Origin: Candidatus Cloacimonadota bacterium
GTDB taxonomy: Bacteria; Cloacimonadota; Cloacimonadia; JGIOTU-2
DNA: 64,000 nucleotides
Reading direction: 5' to 3'
NCBI GenBank assembly: GCA_049903315.1
Contig: JBNGBT010000002.1
Location: forward strand, 192,001 to 256,000
The first letter of the stretch is position 1. Each line of letters opens with the position of its first letter. A program made the translations under genes and the position numbers. This document shows, piece after piece, positions 10,224 through 20,217 of this stretch. The notes below the pieces were generated by a model. The model saw only the letters and a list, made by a program, of their open reading frames with translations, was not told the origin of the DNA and searched no databases.

Positions 10224-10780
10224 AGAAGATCAAAGGGTTGGTAATAGCTGCCTTCCTCACTATAATTCTATGGGGATTACCAAATGCTCTATTTGCAGAA
10301 AATAATATGGATGTATCTTTTGGTGCAGGCATTCCGAAATTTATCAATATTGGACTGCGATACAATGCAGCACAAATGCAGGTGGGTTTGAGTTATGGTT
10401 TCCTGCCGCTTGAAAATGAGATCTGTACATCATTAACCGGCGATATCTTCCTCCATTTTGCAGGACACTCAGCCCTTACTACAAGAAAACCGTGGTATGC
10501 TAAGTTTGGAATCAGCTATGTTCGAGATAAGCAGGAAGATAACACTTCATCATATGTATATTCAAACTTTCGGATTGGACGGGAGTTCTTTATTTCAAAA
10601 AAATTTGGGGTTGGAGCTGACCTTGGAATCAGTTTTGAATTATCCAAAGAAATAGAGGATGAACAGGCAGCTTCCGGTTGGTTCAACCTTGATTTAGATT
10701 TCCCGGTATTGCCTTGCTTCGGGATAAACATATTCTATCATTTCGGCTTTTTACCGCGCAATAATAGAGGAGGAGCATAA
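10220..10780 (+). CDS. Putative outer-membrane beta-barrel protein
   Basis: Signal peptide, amphipathic aromatic-rich strands; ATGA overlap with upstream gene. Confidence 0.65.
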   Translation: MKKIKGLVIAAFLTIILWGLPNALFAENNMDVSFGAGIPKFINIGLRYNAAQMQVGLSYGFLPLENEICTSLTGDIFLHFAGHSALTTRKPWYAKFGISYVRDKQEDNTSSYVYSNFRIGREFFISKKFGVGADLGISFELSKEIEDEQAASGWFNLDLDFPVLPCFGINIFYHFGFLPRNNRGGA

Positions 10781-11146
10781 ATGAAAAAAACTGATTGCTA
10801 CTGGTTTAGTCCATGTGGACTTTCCTGCGATAAATGCGGGATACATCTGCGAACACCTGAAGAACTCGCCTATTGGAAGAGTCAGAACGTCGATCATGAT
10901 AAGATAAAATGTGACGGATGCAGGTCGAGAGTGGACGGGAATCACTGGTCACCAAATTGCAGGATACTGGCGTGTTGTGTATATAAAAAAGAGTTATCCT
11001 TTTGTGCGCAATGTGATGAATTTCCATGCAAAATATTACTCAATTGGGCTGAGGAATATTCAGGACATGCAAAAGCTGTTGAGCGATTAAAGGAGATGAA
11101 AAAGCAAGGTGTTGTGCAATGGCTGGAAACGCATGGGTATGAGTAG
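10781..11146 (+). CDS. Cys-rich DUF3795-like protein
   Basis: PCG..C..C, C.GC, C.I..C, FCAQC.EFPC. Confidence 0.8.
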   Translation: MKKTDCYWFSPCGLSCDKCGIHLRTPEELAYWKSQNVDHDKIKCDGCRSRVDGNHWSPNCRILACCVYKKELSFCAQCDEFPCKILLNWAEEYSGHAKAVERLKEMKKQGVVQWLETHGYE

Positions 11147-11374
11147 GGGATTGATAATATTAACCGCGAAAAGCATAAAAAAATGTTGTGAGAAGAAATA
11201 ATATAAATTTGTTAAAATATATCTACATTAAATACTTCTTTTCAAATAATAATTTCATTTCAGTACTTTATGAATAAATTTAGAAATATTTTCTCATAAA
11301 ATTCTTAGTAGTAATTCTTGACATGTATGCGCTTTATTATTTTAGAAACAAGTAATTGATCAAGGCGGATTGAA

Positions 11375-12073
11375 TTGAATAAAAAGTTTTGGCTATATCT
11401 CATTATTTGTACGTGCTTATACTCCTTTAGTTTTGCACAGGAAGAATGTGTATGGACAAAAGATTTTATGGTGGAATCGCATCATTTTTCTTCAACGGGA
11501 AGCAATACTTATTTCATCCTTGAACCACATTATTATCTTATATTGGAAAATAATGATGTTGATGAGCGAGAGAGACTTGTCATTACTGTTCTTGATGAGA
11601 CAAAGCTAGTCGATGGTTTGGAGACGCGCATTGTCGAAGAAAGAGAATCAGTAAATGGTGAAATTATTGAAATTTCAAGAAATTATTTTGCCTTTGATAC
11701 GAACACGAGCAGTGTATTCTATTTTGGTGAGGAAGTTGATATACACAAGAACGGAGAGATAGTAAACCATCACGGAGCATGGGCTTCTGGTGAAAATGGT
11801 GCATTATTTGGTTTGATGATGCCAGGCGTTTTCCTACTCGGTGCGCGTTATTACCAGGAAATTGCTCCGGAAGTAGCTATGGATAGGGCAGAAATTCTCT
11901 CGATCTCAGATATATTAACCACTTCTTCAGAAAAATTTACAGATTGTCTGGTCGTCGAAGAAACGACCCCGCTTGAGCCAGAAGCGAAAGATTACAAGAT
12001 CTATGCACCCAGGATTGGTTTGATAAAAGACGGAGATCTTCTTTATGTGAAACATGGGTATAAGGAAGAATAA
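11375..12073 (+). CDS. Secreted hypothetical protein
   Basis: Signal peptide; TTGACA at 11318; 232 aa ORF. Confidence 0.75.
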   Translation: MNKKFWLYLIICTCLYSFSFAQEECVWTKDFMVESHHFSSTGSNTYFILEPHYYLILENNDVDERERLVITVLDETKLVDGLETRIVEERESVNGEIIEISRNYFAFDTNTSSVFYFGEEVDIHKNGEIVNHHGAWASGENGALFGLMMPGVFLLGARYYQEIAPEVAMDRAEILSISDILTTSSEKFTDCLVVEETTPLEPEAKDYKIYAPRIGLIKDGDLLYVKHGYKEE

Positions 12074-12158
12074 CATAGATGTTTTGCCAATATCGCAAAT
12101 TAAACTTTTTCAAAAATTATTACTCTAAACAAATGCAAAAATTTTTAAGGTGGTTAAA

Positions 12159-13286
12159 ATGAAAAAAAGAAAGGCAAGAAACTACGGTATTTTTACCATA
12201 TTTCTTATTGCATTTCTCTTCATCACTTCTCTTGCTATAGCTGGTCCGGGATCAAAAATACCTGCAAAAGCAAAAAACACAACCGAAAAGAAGGTCGCAG
12301 AAAATGTCACTGACAAGAAAGAGAAAGTAGAAACAACGCCTACCAAACAGAAGAATAAGACAACTGACGATGAAAAAGAGAAATCTGCCGTAAAAAAGAA
12401 GGTCGAAGTCATAACTGTTCCCAATAAGAAAAAAAGCGAAGATAAAACTCCGAATATTCAGATCGAGAAGACTAAAGTTGAACCTTCTTATGAAAAGAAA
12501 AATACAACTAGTTCAGATAAGATCTATGATAATCAACAATATCATCAGAATGCTGATAAGGATGTTTCTTCAAAGAATGATTTGATCATACATTCAAAAT
12601 CCTCAATCGATAAGAATACTGGTACTGATAGTGATATGATTGAGAACTATATCAAAGAAAAATCACACGGGATCCCTTCGAATTACATTTCTCCAAGGCA
12701 GATTCTCGAGCCTGAGGAGATTGAACACAACAATGATGTCCAGATCATAATCTACAATAATATTGAATATCGATGGTATTACGGATATTATTACGAGCCC
12801 TGGAATGGCTGCTATAGAAGAACATGGCCTTGTTTTGGATGGCGGATAAGCTGGCTCCCGCCATACTATTATACCTTCTGGTGGCGTGACATCGAGTATT
12901 ATTACTGTTGCAATGTCTATTATATATATTATGAAGATGAAGAAGAATATGTGGTTGTTCGTCCTCCGATTGGAGCGCTTGTCGAAACAATACCGGATTA
13001 CAGCGAGAAGCTCATCGTTGAAGGAGAAACGTACTTCATTGCTGATGGTATCCAATATAAAGCGGTTATAGTAAACGATGAAATTTGGTTCAAGGTCTTG
13101 AAATTCACTGAGAAAAACGAATATGCTGTCATTGAGCTGCCTGTTGGTTCACTCGTTGAGATTATACCTGGTGAGCGAGACTTGCTGTTTATTGATGGAG
13201 AAACCTACTACATTGCTGATAATGTCCAATATAAAGCAGTGATTGTGAATGACGAAATTTGGTTCAAGGTATTAAAAGTCGGATAG
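12159..13286 (+). CDS. Secreted protein with Lys-rich linker, Tyr/Trp-rich region and duplicated DUF6515-like C-terminal module
   Basis: Two copies of P.G.LVE.IP...GETY.IAD..QYKAVIVNDEIWFKVLK. Confidence 0.75.
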   Translation: MKKRKARNYGIFTIFLIAFLFITSLAIAGPGSKIPAKAKNTTEKKVAENVTDKKEKVETTPTKQKNKTTDDEKEKSAVKKKVEVITVPNKKKSEDKTPNIQIEKTKVEPSYEKKNTTSSDKIYDNQQYHQNADKDVSSKNDLIIHSKSSIDKNTGTDSDMIENYIKEKSHGIPSNYISPRQILEPEEIEHNNDVQIIIYNNIEYRWYYGYYYEPWNGCYRRTWPCFGWRISWLPPYYYTFWWRDIEYYYCCNVYYIYYEDEEEYVVVRPPIGALVETIPDYSEKLIVEGETYFIADGIQYKAVIVNDEIWFKVLKFTEKNEYAVIELPVGSLVEIIPGERDLLFIDGETYYIADNVQYKAVIVNDEIWFKVLKVG

Positions 13287-13490
13287 AGTTCACATAGAAG
13301 GAAAACAATTTTTAGTCTCCTGTAGAATAGGATTTTTTTGAGAAAAAATGTGTAAGAAGTGAATTATTTGACAAATAATCCAACTCTAAACCTATTATCG
13401 AACTATCATAATTATTTAATGTGAGCATTACAACATGTGTTAATTAATGCTTAATGTATTTCATAAAATTACACTTAGTGAGGAGATATC

Positions 13491-14624
13491 GTGGATAGAT
13501 TAGTAGAGTATTTCATTTCGTTAGTGGAAATTGATAGTGAATCTAGAGATGAAAAGAGAGTAGCTGAGAAGATTGCAAATGATCTAACTGAAATGGGGGC
13601 AGAAGTTATTTTCGATCATGCACATCATGCCACAAAGGGAAATGTGGGAAATCTCATTGCTAATTTCAAAGGAAAAATAGATAAATCCCCTTTACTTCTA
13701 TGCGCTCATACAGATACCGTAAAACCGGGCATAGGAGTCAAAGCTATTATAAAAGACGGCTATATAACAACTGATGGATCAACAATCCTCGGCAGCGATG
13801 ATAAAGCTGGTATTGCTCAAATCGTTGAGGCGATAAAACGCCTTCATGAAGAAGGTTATGAATATGCTCCGTTACAGGTTCTGTTTACCATTTCTGAAGA
13901 GATCGGTCTGCTTGGCGCAAAGAATCTTGATTATTCTCTTATCGATGCTAAGGTCGGCTTTGCCCTTGACTGGCACGGAGTATGTTCCATTGTTACCCAT
14001 GCTCCTTCATTGAATATTTTTGAGATCGTTGTGAATGGAAAGGAAGCACACGCTGGCGGGTCTCCGGAAAAAGGCATCAATGCGATCCAGGTTGCCGGTG
14101 AAGCTATCGGTAAGCTAAAACTTGGAAGAATTGATTTTGAGACCACTGCAAATATTGGAAATATCAAAGGCGGACTTGCGCATAATATTGTCCCGAAAAC
14201 ATGTTTTGTCAGTGGTGAAGTCCGAAGCCATGATGAGGAAAAACTAGAGAAAATCACAAATAATATTATTAAGACATTTGAAAAAGTTGCTGCGAAGTAT
14301 AAGGTGAAGTTTGATTCGAATGTATTTCAGGCTTCCTCGCATGGACATGTATTAAAGGATTTCGTTGCTCTTCAGATCAGTGAAGACGAAGAGATCGTGA
14401 AAATTGCGGAGAAAGCAGCGCGAAATATCGGTGTCGAGCCAAAAATAGAAACTGGTGGTGGCGGGAGTGATGCAAATGTATTTGCTGAACATGGGCTTAC
14501 TGTCCCTATTATTGGCACAGGTATGAACGATGTGCATTCCACACACGAAAATATTAAAATTGATGATCTGGAAAAAGTAACTCAATGGGTTGTTGAAATA
14601 ATAAAAGAATATAGTAAAAAATAA
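13491..14624 (+). CDS. M20 family metallopeptidase (peptidase T-like)
   Basis: AHTDTV, LGSDDKAG, EEIGLLG, GGGSDAN, H.T.E. Confidence 0.92.
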   Translation: MDRLVEYFISLVEIDSESRDEKRVAEKIANDLTEMGAEVIFDHAHHATKGNVGNLIANFKGKIDKSPLLLCAHTDTVKPGIGVKAIIKDGYITTDGSTILGSDDKAGIAQIVEAIKRLHEEGYEYAPLQVLFTISEEIGLLGAKNLDYSLIDAKVGFALDWHGVCSIVTHAPSLNIFEIVVNGKEAHAGGSPEKGINAIQVAGEAIGKLKLGRIDFETTANIGNIKGGLAHNIVPKTCFVSGEVRSHDEEKLEKITNNIIKTFEKVAAKYKVKFDSNVFQASSHGHVLKDFVALQISEDEEIVKIAEKAARNIGVEPKIETGGGGSDANVFAEHGLTVPIIGTGMNDVHSTHENIKIDDLEKVTQWVVEIIKEYSKK

Positions 14625-14651
14625 ATACTTCTCAAAGAAGGGAGTAGCAGA

Positions 14652-15794
14652 ATGAAAAAATATTTATTAGCACCCGGTCCTACACCGGTTCCCGAACAAA
14701 TCCTGCAGGTTATCTCAGAGCCAATGGTTCATCACAGAACCCCTGCATTCAAAGCAAAAGTAGGAAAAGCGATCGAGGGTCTGAAATATATTTTCCAGAC
14801 CAAAAATGATGTATTGATTTTTACCGCAAGCGGCACTGGCGCAATGGAAGGAGCGATTTCCAATGTACTCAATCCCGGAGATAAGGCAATTATCATTCGC
14901 GGTGGGAAATTCGGTGAACGCTGGGGTGAGATCGCTGAGAAATTCGGTGTACAACCACTGTACATCGATATCGAGTGGGGGACTGCAGTTGATCCCGCTC
15001 TTGTAGAAAAACTCCTCGAAGAAAATCCTGATGTGAAGAGTGTGTACACTCAGCTTACAGAAACCTCGACTTGTAGTGTTCAACCGGTAAAAGAACTCGG
15101 TGAAATTGTGAGTAAAACAGACACATTACTCGTCATCGATGCGATTTCCGGTCTTGGCGGACAGGAATTCTATATGGATGACTGGAAGGTCGATATCTGC
15201 GTTGCGGGTTCTCAAAAGGGTCTGATGCTTCCTCCCGGACATGCATATGCGGCAGTGAGTGAGAAAGCATGGAAAATGATCGGTACATGTACTCAGCCGA
15301 ATTATTATTTTAATTGGAAAAAGTATCGCAAAAAACTTGCGGAAAACACGGATCCCTACACTGGTTCAGTAATCCACATCAATGGTTTACTCGTTGCAAT
15401 CGATATGATTAAAGAACGTGGACTTGAGAACATGTTCTATCAGTATCATGTGCTTGCAAAAGCAGTCCGTGCAGCAGTAGCAGCACTTGGATTGGAACTG
15501 TATGCAAATCCTTCCTGCGATGTCGCAACAGCGGTAAAAGTACCCGAGTCAGTAGATGGACTCGCACTTGTGAAAAATCTCCGTGATAAATATGGCTTTA
15601 CAATTGCAGGTGGACAAGCTCCCATCAAAGGCAAGATATTCCGCATCGCACACATGGGATATATTGAAATATTCGATATTGTTTCAGTTATTTCTGCCTT
15701 GGAAATCGTGCTCAACGAACTTGGATGGAAATTTACTTGGGGTGCAGGACTTGCTGCAGCTCAGGAAGTACTTGCAAAAGAATATAAATTCTAA
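14652..15794 (+). CDS. Class V PLP aminotransferase (serine-pyruvate/alanine-glyoxylate type)
   Basis: PGPTPVP, SGTGAME, DAIS, GSQKGLMLPPG, FRIAHMG. Confidence 0.93.
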   Translation: MKKYLLAPGPTPVPEQILQVISEPMVHHRTPAFKAKVGKAIEGLKYIFQTKNDVLIFTASGTGAMEGAISNVLNPGDKAIIIRGGKFGERWGEIAEKFGVQPLYIDIEWGTAVDPALVEKLLEENPDVKSVYTQLTETSTCSVQPVKELGEIVSKTDTLLVIDAISGLGGQEFYMDDWKVDICVAGSQKGLMLPPGHAYAAVSEKAWKMIGTCTQPNYYFNWKKYRKKLAENTDPYTGSVIHINGLLVAIDMIKERGLENMFYQYHVLAKAVRAAVAALGLELYANPSCDVATAVKVPESVDGLALVKNLRDKYGFTIAGGQAPIKGKIFRIAHMGYIEIFDIVSVISALEIVLNELGWKFTWGAGLAAAQEVLAKEYKF

Positions 15795-15810
15795 TATTGA
15801 ATAACAATAT

Positions 15811-15836
15811 AAGGCGGGATCATTCCCGCCTTTCTT
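15811..15836 (+). terminator. Intrinsic terminator
   Basis: aaggcggga-tcat-tcccgcctt followed by T-rich tail. Confidence 0.8.
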
Positions 15837-15842
15837 ATTTAT

Positions 15843-17054
15843 ATGTCTGTAAAAATACTATCAATACAACCTAATACCCTTGCGGAAGAAATCGGATTAC
15901 AATCGGAAGATATTCTCATTTCGATAAATGGTCACGAAATACAAGATGTGCTCGATTACATTTTTTATCAAGCTGAAGAGAAACTCACATTAAGAATACA
16001 GCGCGGAGAGCACACGTTCACTCATTTTTTCGAGAAGAAGATTGATGAAGATATCGGGCTTGAAATCTACCCGCTCAAGGTTCGAAAGTGCGGCTGCAAC
16101 TGCATCTTTTGCTTCGTTGATCAGATACATCCCGATGCACGAGCTTCATTAAAAGTAAAAGACGATGATTTCCGGCTTTCCTTTTTTCATGGGAATTTTA
16201 TTACACTTTCAAATATGACTGAGAAAGATTTTCAAAGGATCATCGAGCAGCATCTTTCGCCTTTGTATATTTCTGTGCATTCGACTAATGATGCGCTGCG
16301 CCAGAAGATCATGCGGTACAAACACGAGATATCAATAATGGATAAGCTCTCATTTTTCGCTAATAATGGCATTACTTTGCATACACAGATCGTGCTTGTT
16401 CCCGGCTGGAATGACAGAGACGAGTTAAGAAAAACGGTCTATGACCTTGCTTCTCTTTATCCGGCTGTGCAATCTATAGGCATCGTACCTGTTGGACTGA
16501 CCAAATTCCGAAATAATCTCCCCGAGCTTTCGAAGGTGAGTCCGTCTCAGGCAAAGGAAGTAATCGTACGGTCTGAAAAATGGAGAACGAACTTTAAAGA
16601 AAAATATGATTCCGGTATTGTTTCCCTTGCTGATGAATTCTATCTACTTGCTGGAGAGTCCATACCGGAATCGGACTATTATGAAGGATACCCGCAAATT
16701 GAGAACGGCATCGGCATGGTGAAAGAATTTATTGATAATTGGGATGAGTATTCCTCAAATTTACTTAAACAACAAAAGAATAAGAAAGTCCTTTTTGTGA
16801 CAGGAGTTGCATTTTATCCAATCTTGGAAAATCTGGTAATAACTTTCAACTCAAAGCATGATCAAAATTGGAAAGTCATTCAGGTTGAAAACGAATTTCT
16901 CGGCAAAGATGTAACAGTTGCGGGTTTGCTTGCAGGTCAGGATGTCATAAGAGCAATTCAAACAGAAAAATATGATGTACTCATGCTTCCTGAGGAGATG
17001 TTAAATGTAGATGGTGTGACGCTGGATGGAATGAAAATTGAGGATATCAAGTGA
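15843..17054 (+). CDS. PDZ-fused radical SAM protein (DUF512 family)
   Basis: N-terminal PDZ; CxxxCxxC (CGCNCIFC); KDDD.RLSF..GNF; YPQIENG.G. Confidence 0.9.
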   Translation: MSVKILSIQPNTLAEEIGLQSEDILISINGHEIQDVLDYIFYQAEEKLTLRIQRGEHTFTHFFEKKIDEDIGLEIYPLKVRKCGCNCIFCFVDQIHPDARASLKVKDDDFRLSFFHGNFITLSNMTEKDFQRIIEQHLSPLYISVHSTNDALRQKIMRYKHEISIMDKLSFFANNGITLHTQIVLVPGWNDRDELRKTVYDLASLYPAVQSIGIVPVGLTKFRNNLPELSKVSPSQAKEVIVRSEKWRTNFKEKYDSGIVSLADEFYLLAGESIPESDYYEGYPQIENGIGMVKEFIDNWDEYSSNLLKQQKNKKVLFVTGVAFYPILENLVITFNSKHDQNWKVIQVENEFLGKDVTVAGLLAGQDVIRAIQTEKYDVLMLPEEMLNVDGVTLDGMKIEDIK

Positions 17055-17062
17055 TACTTAAT

Positions 17063-17734
17063 TTATAGAAAATCATTTGAATGCTCAATAAGTTCAGGGT
17101 AATTATTCGCCGGAGAGTTAACCTCTTGCGAGACCTCATAAAAATCAAGATCACTGTGAGAATAGGGGACAAGCAATTGTTTCAATTCTTTTACATTACG
17201 ATTATTGAACCACATTGAAAAGTCACTTTCAGATAGGATGACAGGCATGCGCGGATGTATCGATTTGATAACTTGAGAAGCATCGGTTGTAATAATGCTG
17301 CACGAAATGACCTTCTCACCAACAGGGGATTTCCAATTATCATATATGCCTGCAAAGCAGAATGGTTTGTTATCCTTGAGATGGATGAAATAGGGGAATT
17401 TCTGCGTGCCACGCTTTTGCCACTCATAAAAACCGTTCGCAACTATAAGGCAACGCCTTTTCTGGAATGAGTGTTTGAAACTCGGTTTTTCATCAATCGT
17501 TTCAGAACGTGCATTGATAAGCTTGGAACCAATTGCAATATCCTTCGCCCAGAAGGGAATTAAGCCCCATCTCATCGCAGTAAGTTTTGAACCTCCATTT
17601 TCATCAAGTATCACAGCAACATCTTGAGTTGGAGCAATATTATTACTTGGTTCGAGTTCGATCTCAATTTGATCGAGATTAAATATTTCCTTTATCTCTT
17701 TTGCTGTGTTAATTCTGGCAAATCTTCCGCACAT
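17063..17734 (-). CDS. SOS response-associated peptidase (SRAP/YedK/HMCES family)
   Basis: N-terminal MCGRF, WGLIP.W, INARSET, GFYEW, H.RMPVIL. Confidence 0.95.
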   Translation of the reverse strand: MCGRFARINTAKEIKEIFNLDQIEIELEPSNNIAPTQDVAVILDENGGSKLTAMRWGLIPFWAKDIAIGSKLINARSETIDEKPSFKHSFQKRRCLIVANGFYEWQKRGTQKFPYFIHLKDNKPFCFAGIYDNWKSPVGEKVISCSIITTDASQVIKSIHPRMPVILSESDFSMWFNNRNVKELKQLLVPYSHSDLDFYEVSQEVNSPANNYPELIEHSNDFL

Positions 17735-17736
17735 TG

Positions 17737-19032
17737 TTACTCCTTATTGTCATCTGCTTTCACCACCCTGATTTGATCCCACTGCGTGGTAAAATGCGGT
17801 GATTTATGTGCTCGCTTCATCATCCATGGTTTTTTTATACCAGTTGCTGCGTAATGCAGAGTACTGCTGCCCCATTTCTTGTTTATATTGTCGATTATCT
17901 CCGTAAGCCGTTTGTTCCTGCTATGAAAGTATGATTCGGTAAAGAGATTCAATTGGTATTTATCCTGCTCGACAATGCCGCTTAACATAACTCCGGCTTT
18001 TTTGTAACGATATCCTTTCCGATAGATTCTTTTCAGATTTTCGTGTGCGTGTTTGATGAAATCCGCAGTACTGTCTGTCGCTTCCGGCAGTTCATACATA
18101 TAAGCATTTGAATATTGCGGTTCTTTTGGCTTGAATCTATTTGTCGCCACAAATACCTGAATGAAGGATGCAAGGCATTTCTGTCTTCTGAGTTTTTCTA
18201 AGGCAGTTGTAACATATGTCGCCACTGCTTCTTCCATTTCTTCAAGCGTCTCGACCGGACGCCCAAATGAGCGTGAACTTACAATCTCTTTTTTATGAGG
18301 AGCGACCTCTTCTAAATCGATGGAAGGGATACCTCGAAGTTCAAAAACAGTTGCAAGCCCCATGACAGTCATATTTTTCTTCACCCATTTATCTGGAGCA
18401 TATTTTAGATCATATGCAGTGTGAAAGTTATTGCGCTTCAAGAGCTTTTCGTATTGCCAGCCCACTCCCCAGATGTCTGACACATCTACCTTTCTCAGGA
18501 ATTCATCAATTTCATGTTCACTGAACGGGGTTATATCGAGCACTCCTTTATACTTCTTGCTCTTCTTTGCAAAACGGTTCGCTACTTTCGCCAGAGTTTT
18601 TGTTTCCGCAATACCAATAGTAACGGGAATGCCGGTCCAGTTCGTGACAGTATTTTTGATCTTCCATCCATACTCAGTGAGGTCTCTATCAGCAAAACCT
18701 GACAATCCGAGAAAAGCTTCATCGATTGAGTAAATCTCAAGGTCTGGACTGAATTGCTCAAGTGTTTGCATCACACGATGCGACATGTCGCCATAAAGAG
18801 CATAATTTGAAGAGAAAACATAAATATTATGTTTTTTAATAAGATACTCGGCTTCGAAGACAGGTTTGCCAAAAGGCATTCCAAACGCTTTTGCTTCGTT
18901 AGAACGAGCTACGACGCACCCGTCATTATTTGAGAGAACAATAATTGGTCTGCCCTCAAGGTCTGGTCTGAAGACTCGCTCGCAGGAAGCATAGAAATTA
19001 TTACAATCAACAAGTGCGACTATGTTTTTCAT
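17737..19032 (-). CDS. umuC: Y-family DNA polymerase V subunit UmuC
   Basis: VDCNNFYASCE, LSNNDGC, SSNYALYGDMS, YSIDEAF, C-terminal SP.FTT.W. Confidence 0.96.
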   Translation of the reverse strand: MKNIVALVDCNNFYASCERVFRPDLEGRPIIVLSNNDGCVVARSNEAKAFGMPFGKPVFEAEYLIKKHNIYVFSSNYALYGDMSHRVMQTLEQFSPDLEIYSIDEAFLGLSGFADRDLTEYGWKIKNTVTNWTGIPVTIGIAETKTLAKVANRFAKKSKKYKGVLDITPFSEHEIDEFLRKVDVSDIWGVGWQYEKLLKRNNFHTAYDLKYAPDKWVKKNMTVMGLATVFELRGIPSIDLEEVAPHKKEIVSSRSFGRPVETLEEMEEAVATYVTTALEKLRRQKCLASFIQVFVATNRFKPKEPQYSNAYMYELPEATDSTADFIKHAHENLKRIYRKGYRYKKAGVMLSGIVEQDKYQLNLFTESYFHSRNKRLTEIIDNINKKWGSSTLHYAATGIKKPWMMKRAHKSPHFTTQWDQIRVVKADDNKE

Positions 19033-19051
19033 ATTATAACAAAACAATTCA

Positions 19052-19746
19052 GAATAGCACGCAGATCCACGCAGATCGAGCAGATTTTCGCTGAAAAATT
19101 TTTCTTTTATATTTTTTAAGCATTTTTTTTATGTAGTATGATTCTACTTGATTTTATTTGAAAATATTTTTCTTCTTACTTCAGGTTTTTTCCCAAAGTT
19201 AAGAATGAGTCCAATTTCGTATTTTGTTGCCTTAAGATAGTTAATTATTTGAGTATCATCTTCTGGACTAAGAAATTTGTTAGCTTTTAATTCTATTAAA
19301 ATTTTATCTTCTACAACCAGATCTGCAAAATAGTCTCCAACCAACTTGTCCCGATAATATACTTTTATTGGTTTCTGTGATTCAACAGAGAAACCTTTTA
19401 ATTCCAATTCAAACTTGAGTGATTTTTCATATACTTTCTCTAAAAAGCCATATCCAAGTAGATTATACACTTTGAAGAAACAGTGAATAATATCATCTGT
19501 TAAATCAGAAAATTTATATTTCATCTATTTCATCCTTAGCATGTTTTTTATTTTCTTTATCAGCGCTTATCAGTATAATCAGTGTTCATCAGTGTCCCAT
19601 TCTTTTTAATAGAAATCAGTTCCACGAAGATTAAGCAGATTCCCCTGATGGCGTATACAGATAAATATTTTATAATAAATTTTATTTATCATTTATTATT
19701 TTTTTAGTGTTCATCAGTTTGACCAGCGTTCATCTGCGTTCCATTC
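19052..19746. mobile_element. Putative GxxExxY element: nuclease-fold gene bracketed by imperfect inverted arrays, plus an adjacent empty module
   Basis: Arms 19052-19094 and 19560-19602; empty module 19608-19746; lies between umuD and umuC. Confidence 0.6.
19144..19524 (-). CDS. GxxExxY protein (PDDEXK_3-like)
   Basis: LGYGFLEKVYE, AD..VE.KI.IELK, Q..NYLKAT...GL.LNFG. Confidence 0.93.
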   Translation of the reverse strand: MKYKFSDLTDDIIHCFFKVYNLLGYGFLEKVYEKSLKFELELKGFSVESQKPIKVYYRDKLVGDYFADLVVEDKILIELKANKFLSPEDDTQIINYLKATKYEIGLILNFGKKPEVRRKIFSNKIK

Positions 19747-20217
19747 TTATATCGGTTTGTGTATAACATAAGTAACCACGCCCCAGATGTGGAAATCCAT
19801 GTCATCAGTGATCTCGAGAGGTTTGAAATTGATATTGCTGGACTGCAGATAGAGTTTATCGTTTTGATGCCAGATCCTCTTCACGGTGAGTTCGCCATTC
19901 ACTGCTGCGATCACTATTTTTTGCTTTTCTGCTTGAACTGATCTGTCAACAATGAGTAAATCTCCGGAATGTATTGCAGCATCGATCATAGAATCACCTT
20001 CCACCCGGACAAAAAAAGTTGCTGCAGGATGCTTGATAAGGAATTTGTTCAAATCAAGTGTGGATTCGATATAGTCGCTTGCTGGAGAAGGGAATCCGGC
20101 TGTGATCTCCGATTTGTACATAGGAAGTTCGAGTTCTATGCCCTCTTCATAACTCATGATCTTCGCGATACCCTTTCCTCGTTTCAAGGGACGGATATTA
20201 TTATCTTTTTGCTTCAT
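19747..20217 (-). CDS. umuD: DNA polymerase V subunit UmuD (S24 autopeptidase)
   Basis: AGFPSPA cleavage site, RVEGDSM, GELTVKR; start uncertain. Confidence 0.93.
   Translation of the reverse strand: MKQKDNNIRPLKRGKGIAKIMSYEEGIELELPMYKSEITAGFPSPASDYIESTLDLNKFLIKHPAATFFVRVEGDSMIDAAIHSGDLLIVDRSVQAEKQKIVIAAVNGELTVKRIWHQNDKLYLQSSNINFKPLEITDDMDFHIWGVVTYVIHKPI

Noticed and set aside
19030..19050. umuD 3'-end duplication in front of umuC
   Set aside because: Only about 9/10 nt in AT-rich DNA; not distinguishable from chance.
17063..20217. Prophage or ICE, suggested by umuDC-SRAP
   Set aside because: No integrase, phage or conjugation genes; the block is embedded among housekeeping genes.
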